Below are positions 17,462 to 26,150 of a stretch of 64,000 nt of DNA, in pieces. The notes below the pieces were generated by a model that worked only from the letters and a program-made list of their open reading frames with translations, was not told the DNA's origin and ran no database searches. This DNA comes from a candidate division WOR-3 bacterium (GTDB taxonomy: Bacteria; Hydrothermota; Tepidihabitantia; Tepidihabitantales; Tepidihabitantaceae), in contig JBDRTY010000002.1 of NCBI GenBank assembly GCA_039801085.1, forward strand, positions 193,339 through 257,338. The letters run 5' to 3'. Position 1 is the first letter of the stretch. Each line of letters opens with the position of its first letter. Both the position numbers and the translations under genes were made by a program.

Positions 17462-18145
17462 TCAGTCCGGGTCTGCCAGCCGACGCCGGGCAAGGGCGCA
17501 GACGAGCGCCACCTGTTCTTCAATTGTGAGGTGGGTGGTGTCAATGAGAATTGCATCCCGGACCCGGCGCAGCGGACTGTGCCGCCGGCGGGAGTCAATC
17601 CGGTCACGCTCGGCGAGATTTTTCCGTACCTGTTCCAGATTTGCCTTTCCCTTCAGTTCTGCCAGCCGACGCCGCGCCCGCTCTTTCAGATCACAGTCAA
17701 GATAGATCTTGAGCTGGGCATGCGGGAAAACTACACTACCGATGTCCCGGCCTTCGCAGACGACATTTCTACCTGCTGCCAGCCGGCGCTGTTCGGCAAC
17801 CAGTTTTTCCCGCACCGAGCGGATCGCGGACACCGGTGAGACGAGCGCGCTCACCGCTGGCTGCCGGATGGCTTCAGTAACATCCCGTTTATCCAGCAGG
17901 ACCTGCAGCCGGTCATTTTTCCATTTCAGGTCCAGCTGGGTGCTGTCCAGCAGTTGCTGGAGCTGGCGGCGGTTGGTGAGCCGGATTCCCGCCTCGATGA
18001 TTTTCAGCGTGATTGCCCGGTACATCGCACCGGTATCAAGATGAAAGAAGCCCAGTCGCTGGGCAACGAGCCGGGCGGTGGTAGACTTGCCGGCACCTGC
18101 AGGACCATCAATGGCAATAATGAAGCCGGCAGAGTTTTTTTTCAC
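17462..18145 (-). CDS. cmk: Cytidylate kinase
   Basis: It has the P-loop IAIDGPAGAGKST and the Cmk NMP-binding region. Confidence 0.9.
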   Translation of the reverse strand: MKKNSAGFIIAIDGPAGAGKSTTARLVAQRLGFFHLDTGAMYRAITLKIIEAGIRLTNRRQLQQLLDSTQLDLKWKNDRLQVLLDKRDVTEAIRQPAVSALVSPVSAIRSVREKLVAEQRRLAAGRNVVCEGRDIGSVVFPHAQLKIYLDCDLKERARRRLAELKGKANLEQVRKNLAERDRIDSRRRHSPLRRVRDAILIDTTHLTIEEQVALVCALARRRLADPD

Positions 18146-18618
18146 TCGGTTGATTCCCGGAGGGCAAACTGCTGGGCAAGCTGCAGCTGGATGTGGCGCA
18201 GGCGCGAGGCGATCGTCCGGGCAACAAGCCGCATGAGCACATAGCCGAGCCGGGGGTCCTGGTCAAAAAGCCTTTCCAGTTCGGTGACCTCAAACTCCAG
18301 AAAGGTACAGTCGGTCAGCGTTCGGGAGCCGGCGGTGTAGTGCTGGTTACCAACCAGTCCGGACCAGGCAAACATCTGTCCCGGTCCCAGCGTCATAATC
18401 TGATAGGTCTGCTGGGCAACACCGAAGTCAAGGGTGAGAATAACCGCCAGCCTTCCAGAGACGAGGATGTAGAACCGGTCTGCCGGCTGACCCTGAACAT
18501 CAACCGGTTCACCAGCACGGGCAGATTTCAGCTTTCCGAGCCGGGCAAACCGTTCCAGTTCGCTGTCTTCCAACCGTTCAAAACCTTCAATCGTTTTCAG
18601 AAACTCCTTGATGTCCAT
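18142..18618 (-). CDS. Cyclic nucleotide-binding domain protein (no DNA-binding domain)
   Basis: It shows the cNMP-binding beta-roll signature (FYILVSGRLAV...). Confidence 0.7.
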   Translation of the reverse strand: MDIKEFLKTIEGFERLEDSELERFARLGKLKSARAGEPVDVQGQPADRFYILVSGRLAVILTLDFGVAQQTYQIMTLGPGQMFAWSGLVGNQHYTAGSRTLTDCTFLEFEVTELERLFDQDPRLGYVLMRLVARTIASRLRHIQLQLAQQFALRESTE

Positions 18619-18627
18619 TTTCCCTCC

Positions 18628-19317
18628 TTAGAAATGCTCGTTGATGGAGAGGTCAAATACCCGGTTGCGCCGGGTAGCGTCACTGTTTCCAAGCAGGTCC
18701 CGCAGTGCCAGTCCCAAACGGACCCGTTCCTGAAAGGTCCAGGCGATGCCGAAATTGAGCCAGCCACCGCGCCAGCGGTTATCCGGCGGCAAATCATTCA
18801 GCGCCGGGTCATATTCGGCAATGAGCTCAACATTACCGGGGAGCAGCTGATTCAGGACGATGAAGCCGTTAAACCCGCGCCACCAGTTGACGCCGAGTTC
18901 GGCATAGGTACGGCTGGCTTCAATCGTTTTACCGAGGGCAAGATAAACTCCCTTCTCGCGGACGGTGAATTCCTCATTGTCACAGTAGTCATACCCCTGG
19001 CTTTCAAATCCGAATGTCAGGTCCGGCACATAGCCCGCCTCCCGGAAAATTGCCACCCGGGCGAACAGTTCCGGTCTTGGCCTTGATAACTCCGGCGTGC
19101 TGCCGCCGATGATGTGGTTGGCGCTGTAGGACATGCCCATCGTCAGCCGGTCAAACAGTCCGACACCGAACCGGGCGAGAACTCCGCCCTCGCCCCATAG
19201 GCGAAGTCCGGCATAGTATTCACCGTGAGTAAGAGAGATTGGCACCGGGCTGTCAATGTGGTAAAGAATGGCACCAGCCGGGACAACAAGACTCAGAGTG
19301 ATCAGCAGCAGTTTCAT
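18628..19317 (-). CDS. Putative outer-membrane beta-barrel protein
   Basis: The signal peptide MKLLLITLSLVVPAGA starts at the internal ATG at 19317. It has alternating hydrophobic strands and a C-terminal Phe. Confidence 0.5.
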   Translation of the reverse strand: MKLLLITLSLVVPAGAILYHIDSPVPISLTHGEYYAGLRLWGEGGVLARFGVGLFDRLTMGMSYSANHIIGGSTPELSRPRPELFARVAIFREAGYVPDLTFGFESQGYDYCDNEEFTVREKGVYLALGKTIEASRTYAELGVNWWRGFNGFIVLNQLLPGNVELIAEYDPALNDLPPDNRWRGGWLNFGIAWTFQERVRLGLALRDLLGNSDATRRNRVFDLSINEHF

Positions 19318-19438
19318 CAGATGAGCATAAGTCAAACTTGAGCCCAAGTCAAGCCGTTGCGGAGGAAGGCGGTCGTGTCCCAATGAGATCGTATTGACTG
19401 AGCCCTAAAGCAGATTATCTTTGTTGTGGAGGTGCAAG

Positions 19439-22177
19439 GTGAAGCGACTGATTTTAGCTGTTATCTGGGTCAGCCTGACACTGGGTTCAACCCGGGCGTT
19501 ACCGGCGCGTGACAGGCGTCCGCCATTCCGTCCACGGCATCAGCTGAAACAAAGCGGTTTGAATTCAGTCCGGTTCTGGAAGGAGAAATGGTTTGCACAA
19601 AAGCCAAGCAGAGTAACATCAGTGGGGGCGGTTTACAGTCGGATCCGGAAATTTCAGCTCCAGGAATTTCCCTTTGATACCACGGTTGTCCTAGGCCCCG
19701 GTCCCGGGGAAGAGGATTTTGCCGATGTCGCCTTTGATGGTACAAACTTCTTTGTCGTCTGGATGGATTACGAGCAGGGAGAGATTTCGGGTGCCCGCAT
19801 CCGGCCTGACGGGGTGATGATCGACACGACGCCGATTCAGATATCATTCGGCTCCTGGGGCGGAGAGTATCCGGCAGTGGCATTTGACGGCGCAAATTAT
19901 CTGGTGGTCTGGACCGACTGGCGCAATTCTGATCCGGATATTTACGGTGCTCGGGTGACACCTCAGGGCCAGGTGCTGGACCCGGACGGGATTCCGATCT
20001 CCACCGCACCGGAGATGCAGACGTTACCAGCGGTGCTCTTTGACGGGACAAGGTACCTGGTTGCCTGGAGTGATTTGCGGAGTGGCAACTGGGAGTCGGA
20101 TATTTATGCGGCACGGGTGAGCACCGGTGGTGAGGTGCTGGACCCGGACGGAATTCCGGTTAATACTCAGCCCTATGACCAGATTATCTATCACGGTCTG
20201 GCGTTTGACGGCACCAATTACCTTTTTGTCTTTTCAGATGACCGGGATGGCGATCTGTATTACGATGTCTATGGTACCCGGATGAGCACCGACGGTGTGG
20301 TGCTGGACAGTTCGGGTTTTATTATTTCAGCGGAAAATAATGACCAGGCGTTGCCCCGGGTTGGATTTGACGGTACTAACTATCTTGTTGTCTGGTTTGA
20401 TGATCGGGAGGCGGTTGAGGATTACCGGGTTTACGGTGCGCGCATTCAGCCTGATGGCACAATTCTGGACCCGCAGGGTATCAGATTGAGTGATTATTTG
20501 AGTGTTTATCCGGCAGTGGCGTTTGACGGCACCAACTACCTTGTTACCTGGCTGGACTACCGTTCCGGCTGGCAGGCGGATATTTATGGAACCCGGGTGA
20601 GCACTGGTGGTGTGGTGCTGGACAGTGCCGGTATCCCGGTTTCGGCAGAGCCCGAATACGACCAGGTGCTGCCGGCGGTGGTTTTCGGCGGTGGCAGATA
20701 CCTTGCGGTCTGGTCTGATTTCCGGAATTATGAGGGACCGGACATCTACGGTGCGCGAGTTGATACAAGTGGTCAGGTGCTTGACCCGGATGGGGTTCTA
20801 ATTTCCTGGGGAATTATCAGTCCGACCCAGTATGCACCGGTGGCTGCCTTTGACGGCACCAATTATCTGGTGGTCTGGGAGGATTACCGGAACGGAGATG
20901 ATGGGGATATTTACGGTGCGCGGGTGACACCTCAGGGGCAGATTCTTGATCCCGAGGACATTCCGATCGCCACCGGCTGGCAGTATCAGTATTCACCGGC
21001 AATAGCCTTTGACGGAACCAACTTTCTTGTAGTCTGGGTTGATGAGCGGAACGGCTCTCAGGATATTTATGGGGCACGGGTGAGCACTAATGGTGAGGTG
21101 CTGGACCCGGACGGAATTCCGGTTGCAGTTGATGAGTATTACAAGTATCATCCCCAGTCGGGTTTCAACGGTGAAAATTATCTGGTGGTCTATGAGCTTC
21201 ACGACTGGGTCGAAGATAAGCATGACATCTATGGGGTGCGGGTGACACCGGATGGAAATGTGCTGGGAATGGAGGCAATTGCCGGTTTTGACGGCTGGCA
21301 GAGTTATCCTGCGGTTACTACCGGTGCTGAAACTCTGCTTGTTGTCTGGCAGGATGAACGGGATACAACCGGCAGTGCCGACATCTACGGTGCCCGCATT
21401 ACTTCCGATGGTGAGATACTGGATCCGGAGGGGATTCCAGTCAGCACTGCGGAAGATTATCAGTTATTTCCGGATGTGGTTTCCGGCAATGGTGGCTACT
21501 TTGTGGTGTGGACTGATAGCCGGAGCGGTAATTATGATGTTTACGCAGCCCGGGTGACCGCAGATGGCGATGTGCTGGATCCGGATGGTATTGCCATTTC
21601 CAGTAATGAGTATGATCAGTTCTATCCCCGGGTTGAGTATTACAGACCGTTCTGGTTGGTTGTCTGGCGTGATTACTACAATCAGGAAAACATGGATATC
21701 TTTGGTGCCCGGGTTGATTTGAATGGGCGGGTTCTGGACCCGCAGGGGATTGAGCTGATCAACCAGCCGTATGATCGCTACCTTTCCGATATTACAACCG
21801 GCTCGGGCCAGTTGCTGCTTACATTTGACGGCTATGTAGCGGATTATTTCACCAACAAGGCGCTGGGTGCGTTCTGGAATCCGGTTGGAGTTGCCGAAAG
21901 ACCGGAGGGCAGGTCCGCGCGGACTGAACTGCGCCTGCTCGGCAATCCGGTGCGCAATCGGCTGGAGCTGGAGGTGAAATTGCCTCAGACCGGACGGTTC
22001 CGGCTGGAACTGCTGGATGCTGCAGGCAGACAGGTGCGGGTGGTGCACACAGGTGAGCGGAATGCTGGCACGGCAAGAATGAATTTTGATCTCCGGGACC
22101 TGAATGCCGGTGTCTATTTTCTGAAACTGAGCGGTTCCGGGATAAAGTTAAGGCAGCGGTTTACACTGTTGAGGTAA
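19439..22177 (+). CDS. Giant secreted repeat protein (about 16 tandem about 55-aa blades) with T9SS C-terminal sorting domain
   Basis: The GTG start at 19439 has a GGAGG SD 6 nt upstream, followed by a signal peptide. The recurring unit is FDGTNYLVVW.D.R.G..DIYGARV...G.VLDP.GI.VS. The C-terminus (VYFLKLSGSGIKLRQRFTLLR) is a T9SS CTD. Confidence 0.75.
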   Translation: MKRLILAVIWVSLTLGSTRALPARDRRPPFRPRHQLKQSGLNSVRFWKEKWFAQKPSRVTSVGAVYSRIRKFQLQEFPFDTTVVLGPGPGEEDFADVAFDGTNFFVVWMDYEQGEISGARIRPDGVMIDTTPIQISFGSWGGEYPAVAFDGANYLVVWTDWRNSDPDIYGARVTPQGQVLDPDGIPISTAPEMQTLPAVLFDGTRYLVAWSDLRSGNWESDIYAARVSTGGEVLDPDGIPVNTQPYDQIIYHGLAFDGTNYLFVFSDDRDGDLYYDVYGTRMSTDGVVLDSSGFIISAENNDQALPRVGFDGTNYLVVWFDDREAVEDYRVYGARIQPDGTILDPQGIRLSDYLSVYPAVAFDGTNYLVTWLDYRSGWQADIYGTRVSTGGVVLDSAGIPVSAEPEYDQVLPAVVFGGGRYLAVWSDFRNYEGPDIYGARVDTSGQVLDPDGVLISWGIISPTQYAPVAAFDGTNYLVVWEDYRNGDDGDIYGARVTPQGQILDPEDIPIATGWQYQYSPAIAFDGTNFLVVWVDERNGSQDIYGARVSTNGEVLDPDGIPVAVDEYYKYHPQSGFNGENYLVVYELHDWVEDKHDIYGVRVTPDGNVLGMEAIAGFDGWQSYPAVTTGAETLLVVWQDERDTTGSADIYGARITSDGEILDPEGIPVSTAEDYQLFPDVVSGNGGYFVVWTDSRSGNYDVYAARVTADGDVLDPDGIAISSNEYDQFYPRVEYYRPFWLVVWRDYYNQENMDIFGARVDLNGRVLDPQGIELINQPYDRYLSDITTGSGQLLLTFDGYVADYFTNKALGAFWNPVGVAERPEGRSARTELRLLGNPVRNRLELEVKLPQTGRFRLELLDAAGRQVRVVHTGERNAGTARMNFDLRDLNAGVYFLKLSGSGIKLRQRFTLLR

Positions 22178-22209
22178 ACGCCGTAAGAAACCGGGCGCAG
22201 GGCAGGGTT

Positions 22210-22791
22210 TCAGACGCCGAGCCCTTCCTTGATGAACATTATACCCCAGGAGAGGGTGATCAGTCCCATCAGGGTGGAGACTACCTGGAGCGCGGTCTCG
22301 CCGGTGAAGCGGGTGATGCGTGGTGCCTGCAGGAAGATAGCGAGCGTAACCAGCAGGACAATCAGAATGGCGAGCGCGGTAAGCAGTCTTCCATAGTCAT
22401 GGACGCTGATAATTATGGCGGTGATTGATGCCGGACCGGTCAGAAGCGGGGTGGCGATGAGCGAGGCGATCGCCTTCGCCGATTTCTTTGTGCCCATCAC
22501 CCGTTCCGACCCGGCCTGGCCCAGGGACATCTGGATGCCGAGGATGCCGAGGATGATACCGCCGGCAATTTTGAAGTCGTTGATATTTGTATTGAAAAGC
22601 TTCAGAATGCCCGCGCCAAATACCAGGCAGAGCAGAGAGATCCCGATGGCAACGCTGACCGCCAGAATTGCGGTTCTGCGCTTTTCCTGCGGAGTCATGT
22701 CCGCAGTTGCCCCGAAGAACACCACAAAGCTCAGAAGCGGGTCAAAGATGACAAAAAAGAGAATAATCAGCTGGAGCAGGGTATAGACCAT
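22210..22791 (-). CDS. MarC-family (UPF0056) integral membrane protein
   Basis: It has six TM helices and a MarC-like N-terminus (LIILFFVIFDPL). Confidence 0.75.
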   Translation of the reverse strand: MVYTLLQLIILFFVIFDPLLSFVVFFGATADMTPQEKRRTAILAVSVAIGISLLCLVFGAGILKLFNTNINDFKIAGGIILGILGIQMSLGQAGSERVMGTKKSAKAIASLIATPLLTGPASITAIIISVHDYGRLLTALAILIVLLVTLAIFLQAPRITRFTGETALQVVSTLMGLITLSWGIMFIKEGLGV

Positions 22792-22912
22792 CGTGTAGGT
22801 TAGATTATCATACGCAATCTGAAGTTCAAGTCATGTCATATATAACACAATGAATTGACAAGACAAGAAGGGTAGATTATTATAAAATTAAAAATAAAAG
22901 GAGGTTTTAGCT

Positions 22913-23170
22913 GTGCCTAGGAAATCAGTTAAAAGTTTAGGGATAAACGCCAATCTCAGATGTCTTAAAGTTTATCCCTCAGCTCGTACTAAAAAGCAAA
23001 TTCAGGATCTTCAGACAATAGGTATTAAATTGTCTAGAGATCAAGCTTTTCATTTGGCAAAAGCACTTTTGGCTGCTAGCAAAGCATGGAATGAAATCGA
23101 CATTACTGTCTACAGGTTAGAGCCTAGACAGTCGGACGGGACATATCACGTAACAGTGACATCTAAATAA
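22913..23170 (+). CDS. Small hypothetical protein (85 aa), AT-rich
   Basis: An ORF with a GTG start is preceded by AAGGAGG. No domain is recognised. Confidence 0.4.
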   Translation: MPRKSVKSLGINANLRCLKVYPSARTKKQIQDLQTIGIKLSRDQAFHLAKALLAASKAWNEIDITVYRLEPRQSDGTYHVTVTSK

Positions 23171-23204
23171 TTATTATCTCAAGGAAACTGTTATTTTTTT
23201 TCTA

Positions 23205-23903
23205 GTGATGTGTAGTAATTATGTTAATTATGTATTTAATGATATTCAGTACTGTCTGGTACATCAGCTGATACTGGAGGATAATTTTACTGATGAGCGT
23301 GATATCAGGCTGGTTGCCGGTGGTGACGTGGCGTATGAGAAGAATGGAGAGAGACTGGTGGCTGCGGTTGTGGTCTTTGATCTGAGATTGTTTACGGTTG
23401 TGGAACAGGTGATTTGTGCGGGCAGGGCTGAATTTCCCTATGTTCCGGGATTTCTTTCCTTCCGTGAGGGTCCGGTCCTGCTGATGGCGATCAGGAGGTT
23501 AAAAACCGAGCCGGATGTTTTTCTCTTTGACGGTCAGGGGATCGCCCATCCACGGCGGCTGGGAATTGCGAGCCATCTTGGTGTCCTTCTTGACAGGCCG
23601 GCGATCGGCTGTGCCAAATCCCATCTTTTTGGATTTTATGAGGAGCCGGAAAGGCATAAAGGGGCGTTCAGTTTCATCCGGGACCGCGTGGGTAATGCGG
23701 TCGGGCTGGTTCTGCGGACAAAGGATAACACCCGGCCGGTCTTTGTCTCACCAGGACACAGAGTCAGCGTAAAGATGGCAGGCAAGATTATCCTGCGCTG
23801 TGTGAGCAAATACCGGATACCCGAACCGCTCCGCCAGGCGCACATCAGGGCGCGATCAACTGTCAAGGACTCAGTAGGTTGCATTAAAAATCCAGAAAAG
23901 TGA
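23205..23903 (+). CDS. nfi: Endonuclease V (deoxyinosine 3'-endonuclease)
   Basis: It carries DVAY, FPYVPGFLSFREGP, DGQGIAHPRRLGIASHLG and IGCAKS motifs, colinear with E. coli Nfi. Confidence 0.8.
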   Translation: MMCSNYVNYVFNDIQYCLVHQLILEDNFTDERDIRLVAGGDVAYEKNGERLVAAVVVFDLRLFTVVEQVICAGRAEFPYVPGFLSFREGPVLLMAIRRLKTEPDVFLFDGQGIAHPRRLGIASHLGVLLDRPAIGCAKSHLFGFYEEPERHKGAFSFIRDRVGNAVGLVLRTKDNTRPVFVSPGHRVSVKMAGKIILRCVSKYRIPEPLRQAHIRARSTVKDSVGCIKNPEK

Positions 23904-23939
23904 TTGACAGTGACCCGAAAGCTATTAGTATATTTTGGT

Positions 23940-25553
23940 ATGGCACATCCGGCAAATAAGAGGCAAGCGCAGAGATGTTCTATTTGTCAAAATACGGTTT
24001 ATAATGGACTGGGCAAGCACATCATTAATAATCACGGATATGAGTCATTCAAAAGGATAATATTAAAAGCAAGGACATCTGGGGCTTCAGATGCTGAATT
24101 AGGCCAGCGCTTCGGGATTAATTTGCGTCAGCTTGAAAAAATTATCCTCGAATCCTACGGGTTGAATATTTCCGGATTAGTGCAAGTACAAAAGTCGATA
24201 AAGTGCTTGGAACCTAAAGATTTTAAAGAGGAAACAACAACAGTTTGGAGTTTCAAACAGCGAGGAAATTGGGCAACACATAATGGTAAATACCGGGGTA
24301 ACTGGTCGCCTTATATACCGAGAAATGTAATCTTGAAATACTCAAAGCCGGGGGATTTGGTACTGGACTATTTTGCTGGGAGCGGAACGACAGCAGTTGA
24401 AGCTAAGCTTCTTGGCAGAAGATGTATAGCGATAGATATCAATCCGGCATGCGTTGCGCTTACTAAACAACACCTTGATTTCAGTCTACCTTCAAATTTG
24501 TTTTCTGACAAAATATCGGCTTTTGAGCCCGAGGTTCGAGCAGGTGATGCCAGAAATCTGGGCTGGATGTCTGACGAGAGCGTAGACCTTATTTGCGCTC
24601 ATCCTCCTTATGCGGGGATTATAAAGTATGGTTCGGACATCGATGGTGACCTATCAAACTTGGATATCGATGAATTTCTTTTAGAAATCGGGAAAGTTGC
24701 CCGGGAGAGCTACCGGGTGCTCAAGCCTGGTGGTAAATGTGCGATTTTAATTGGTGATACCAGAAGAAAAAAACACATTCTGCCGCTGGGATTTCAGACA
24801 ATCGATGTTTTCCAGAAAGCCGGATTCAGATTGAGGGAGCTGGTGATTAAGCGCCAGCACAACTGTAAAACTACCGGTTTCTGGTATGATAAGAGCGTGC
24901 AATATAATTTCCTGCTGTTGGCACATGAGTACTTGCCGATTTTCGAGAAAGTTCAGGGATCTTTTCCAGCAGTAATGCGAGAAGCCCGTTCAGCTGCTAT
25001 TTCCTCATATGACTGGACGCACAGAAAGTTCCCCGTTGCTAAAGTTAATGAACTTGAGGTCAGCACAGTATGGACTTTTCAGGAAAAAGTGTTGGAGGAG
25101 CAACTGAATGAAAATGTATTTAAGCGTTATGGGAAAGGTAAAGTCCGGCTGACTGTCTATATTAATCCTCTCCCTAGTAATTCCACCTTTTCGGAATTGA
25201 AGGTTAAGAAAAGTGCCGGGTTGCTGTTTATCAAGGCGAATTCACTCCAGCGACCTGAGTCCAGGGTAGAAGTTGAACAGTATATGAAAACGATAGAGGC
25301 GGTTGTTGATCAGCAATTACCGCATATAGCACCTGATGGTTATCTAGTTATTCAAGTGAAAGACGTCAGGGTTACGGGTTACATCGAACCAATGGCTAAA
25401 AACATCATTAGCTTACTTAAGAAAAATCAGCGATTGTGGTTAAAGGAAATTGTTATTGTTGTCGCTAGTAATCAAGACGAAACGAGTCCGAAATCTGATA
25501 GTGCAGAGCTTGAAATTGTGCACCAATACCTGCTGATATATGATGTAAAATAG
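23940..25553 (+). CDS. DNA methyltransferase (N4/N6 amino-MTase, PF01555-like) with permuted motif order, N-terminal C2H2-like/HTH extension and about 200-aa C-terminal domain
   Basis: Motif I is DLVLDYFAGSGTT (about aa 150). Motif IV is ICAHPPYAG (about aa 232), followed by RVLKPGGKC...W.D...........HE. A degenerate second TVWTF block lies at about aa 380. The N-terminus has CSIC-x10-H-x4-H. The start is ambiguous between the TTG at 23904 and the ATG at 23940. Confidence 0.75.
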   Translation: MAHPANKRQAQRCSICQNTVYNGLGKHIINNHGYESFKRIILKARTSGASDAELGQRFGINLRQLEKIILESYGLNISGLVQVQKSIKCLEPKDFKEETTTVWSFKQRGNWATHNGKYRGNWSPYIPRNVILKYSKPGDLVLDYFAGSGTTAVEAKLLGRRCIAIDINPACVALTKQHLDFSLPSNLFSDKISAFEPEVRAGDARNLGWMSDESVDLICAHPPYAGIIKYGSDIDGDLSNLDIDEFLLEIGKVARESYRVLKPGGKCAILIGDTRRKKHILPLGFQTIDVFQKAGFRLRELVIKRQHNCKTTGFWYDKSVQYNFLLLAHEYLPIFEKVQGSFPAVMREARSAAISSYDWTHRKFPVAKVNELEVSTVWTFQEKVLEEQLNENVFKRYGKGKVRLTVYINPLPSNSTFSELKVKKSAGLLFIKANSLQRPESRVEVEQYMKTIEAVVDQQLPHIAPDGYLVIQVKDVRVTGYIEPMAKNIISLLKKNQRLWLKEIVIVVASNQDETSPKSDSAELEIVHQYLLIYDVK

Positions 25554-25565
25554 AAGGAGGCGATA

Positions 25566-26150
25566 GTGATACATGAACCCAGAGTTGGCGATTTCTGGGG
25601 TAGAGGCCGTTTCCGGAAAAAGATTAGAGAAGTAATTACTCTTTCTAACGGTTGGTATCTGATTAAGACCGATGATTCAAAGTCAGAGCGAGATTTCAAG
25701 GTTAAAGTAATTTTTCAGGTTCAACCTTCAAGGTCGATGACTCCCAAACATGCCCACTTTGCGATTGACTTATATGGCAAAATTTGCGCCGATCAGAGTC
25801 GCGCAAGAAAACTCCTTGATGCGATAATTGAAGTATGGGCCGGCAAGGATGTAAGAGAAGTGATTACTAAATACCAACATGACTGTTACGGACTGCCTGG
25901 ATATCCCCTAGAATATGTCCTTCACGCACTGAACTGGATTTTAGAGCAGGAAGACTTGAATTTTACCGGACGCCCGGCAAGAAAACAGGAGGAGCTGGAC
26001 ATTATTTGTGAAAAGCAGGGAATTAATCTCCTTCCAAGCAGGAAAGGGAGTCACTTGGCGATTGCTTTGCTCTGTGATATTATGAATGGTACGCATCCGG
26101 TTGAGGCACTGCTTAAAGCTAATATCGATGTAGCTCCCCGACTGGCGTAA
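25566..26150 (+). CDS. Hypothetical protein (194 aa), co-operonic with the MTase
   Basis: It has a GTG start with an AAGGAGG SD, 12 nt after the MTase stop. A weak D..D-F-K (PD-(D/E)xK-like) pattern is not convincing. Confidence 0.5.
   Translation: MIHEPRVGDFWGRGRFRKKIREVITLSNGWYLIKTDDSKSERDFKVKVIFQVQPSRSMTPKHAHFAIDLYGKICADQSRARKLLDAIIEVWAGKDVREVITKYQHDCYGLPGYPLEYVLHALNWILEQEDLNFTGRPARKQEELDIICEKQGINLLPSRKGSHLAIALLCDIMNGTHPVEALLKANIDVAPRLA

Noticed and set aside
14750-19086. Plus-strand ORFs 14750..15658, 16113..16736 and 18193..19086
   Set aside because: They are antisense to rpsA, ispH and cmk/cNMP-binding genes, whose sense-strand calls are well supported. They have no conserved motifs.
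25566-26150. Calling the 194-aa protein a restriction endonuclease on the basis of a D..DFK pattern
   Set aside because: The spacing between acidic residues is too short for a typical PD-(D/E)xK core, and there is no supporting secondary-structure evidence. It is kept as a hypothetical protein only.
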